A stretch of DNA of 64,000 nt, from the NCBI GenBank assembly GCA_963665235.2, contig CAXXLX010000001.1:1792001-1856000 (forward strand), written 5' to 3'. The number at the start of each line of letters is the position of its first letter. Position 1 is the stretch's first letter. The notes beneath the pieces are model-generated. The model made no database searches, was not told the origin of the DNA, and saw nothing but the letters and a program-made list of their open reading frames with translations. The translations under genes were made by a program, and so were the position numbers. Below are positions 62,711 through 64,000 of the stretch, piece by piece. Source of the stretch: Candidatus Poribacteria bacterium. GTDB lineage: Bacteria; Poribacteria; WGA-4E; WGA-3G.

Positions 62711-63574
62711 GAAGTTTATGCTACTACAAAGAGACATTTTCAATTAGGAATGGTATTACATGGTATCGATATGGGACGCAGAAATCAGACGATGGGAGAA
62801 AGACAAGCCTCCCAAAAGTGAACGCCGCTTGTCCCCGATTCTGCCGATACTCTTTTACACAGGCGACCAGAGCTGGAACGTTCCGCTGACCCTGGAAGCA
62901 CTCATGAACCTCCCGAAGGAGCTGGAACGTTTTATTCCCAAGTTTGAGACGGTGCAGCTGGATGTCAAAGAGACAGAGGTGGAAGTGCTAACGCAGACAG
63001 AACATCTGATAGGTTGGCTGCTTACGGTGCTGCAAAAGGAGCGTGCAAGCCCAGAGGAGCTAAGGCGTGCCTTAGTTGATATGCTAATGCACACGGATAC
63101 GCTTCCTGCGGGACAGGCGGCTGAGAAACGTGAGGCGATTCAATATATCCTATCGCTTATCATGCATCGCCGGCCTCCGGCGGAGCATGAAGCGTTGATA
63201 GAACTTGTTGATAAACATACCCCTACTTTGGAGGTAAATTCAATGACACGCACAATAGCACACGAATTGATGGAACAAGGTATAGAAATCGGTGAACAGC
63301 GCGGTATAGAAATCGGTGAACAGCGCGGTATAGAAATCGGTGAAAAACGCGGTGAACAGCGCGGTCTGGTTCGTGCGAAGTGGGAGGCTATCCTGAAAGT
63401 GCTATCTTCCCGTTTTAGCGATGTTCCTGATACCCTCACCCGTAAAATCGGCAGAATGCACAGTCTCCAACGTCTAGATTCAATCCACACACAAGCGTTA
63501 GAGGTGCAAGCCATAGAGGATATAGAGTGGTAATGTGTTGGGCTGCCTATAGGATAAAGTGAGACAGAAGTACA

Positions 63575-63689
63575 CAGGACTTACGCAAATTTATCAGGAG
63601 TCTCGTAGGGGCGGGGTCTCCCCGCCCGCTATGTCTCCCCCTATGCTCCCATTATCATAAGGGTTTATCAACGCACTGCGTAAGTCCTG
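63575..63689. mobile_element. MITE family D inserted at a family B end
   Basis: GTACA|CAGGACTTACGCA...TGCGTAAGTCCTG|GTACA. Confidence 0.8.
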
Positions 63690-63870
63690 GTACAAAAACT
63701 TTACACACCTGATTATAGATTTTTTTTGACATCTTTCTGAAAATTTGGTATCCTTTTAATCGTTGGCGGGCAGCTTGCCCCCCTACTGTAACATCATGCA
63801 TGGTAGTAGGCATTCTCCGAATGCTGTCCTGCTAAAAACATACACAACTCTGGAGGTTAAATTACGAACT

Positions 63871-64000
63871 ATGTCCAAACAAATAACCTATTCTCTATTG
63901 ACGCTTTTATTGATATGCGGTCTGTCCTTCTCTGCTTTCGGGCACGGCGATGTTTCTTCGCTTTTAGAGGATATCAACAAAGACGGTGTAGTGAACATCC
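63871..64000 (+). CDS. Secreted protein with dockerin/EF-hand-like motif (partial)
   Basis: GGAGG upstream; MSKQITYSLLTLLLICGLSFSAFG...EDINKDGVVNI. Confidence 0.7.
   Translation, partial: MSKQITYSLLTLLLICGLSFSAFGHGDVSSLLEDINKDGVVNI

Larger units (their letters stand above)
61240..62755. mobile_element. MITE family A with 6 REP units, the last interrupted by an IS
   Basis: TTA|TACCATT...AATGGTA|TTA. Confidence 0.88.
60899..63533 (+). pseudogene. Rpn/YhgA-like (PD-(D/E)XK) protein interrupted by a MITE + IS630
   Basis: READILY, IEHQST, MGFRFLSY|MVSIW, PILFYTG, C-terminal (GIEIGEQR)n; removing 61240-62755 plus TTA restores TCT TAC ATG. Confidence 0.88.

Overview
Bacterial chromosomal window that probably comes from a Candidatus Poribacteria-like organism. 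This is inferred from secreted LamG proteins with the C-terminal 'AVxPxxKLxTxWGxLK' tag, multiple PhyH dioxygenases and a dockerin-like secreted protein. About 6.6-30.2 kb is a minus-strand defence island. Its core is DUF4007/SspB - SspC-like ATPase (with an in-frame UGA) - PAPS-reductase/SspD-like, followed by PLD-helicase, a small protein, an SMC-like CxC ATPase and a DGQHR gene. Three satellite nuclease cassettes flank the core: SBD-HNH; SBD-HNH + OLD-like ATPase; MORC ATPase + GIY-YIG-like. Each satellite cassette is headed by a near-consensus sigma70 promoter joined to a degenerate copy of the last 16-40 codons of the PAPS-reductase gene. Other highlights: (1) a predicted outer-membrane protein with two in-frame UGAs forming a U-G-G-U motif after its signal peptide (candidate di-selenocysteine protein); (2) an IsrB/omegaRNA element inserted at an ATGA; (3) an rpn gene split by a MITE > REP array > IS630 nest; (4) several MITE families carrying REP tandem arrays; (5) tRNA-Thr(CGT) and tRNA-Phe(GAA). 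The remainder is ordinary metabolic genes. All calls come from reading motifs by eye; no database searches were run.
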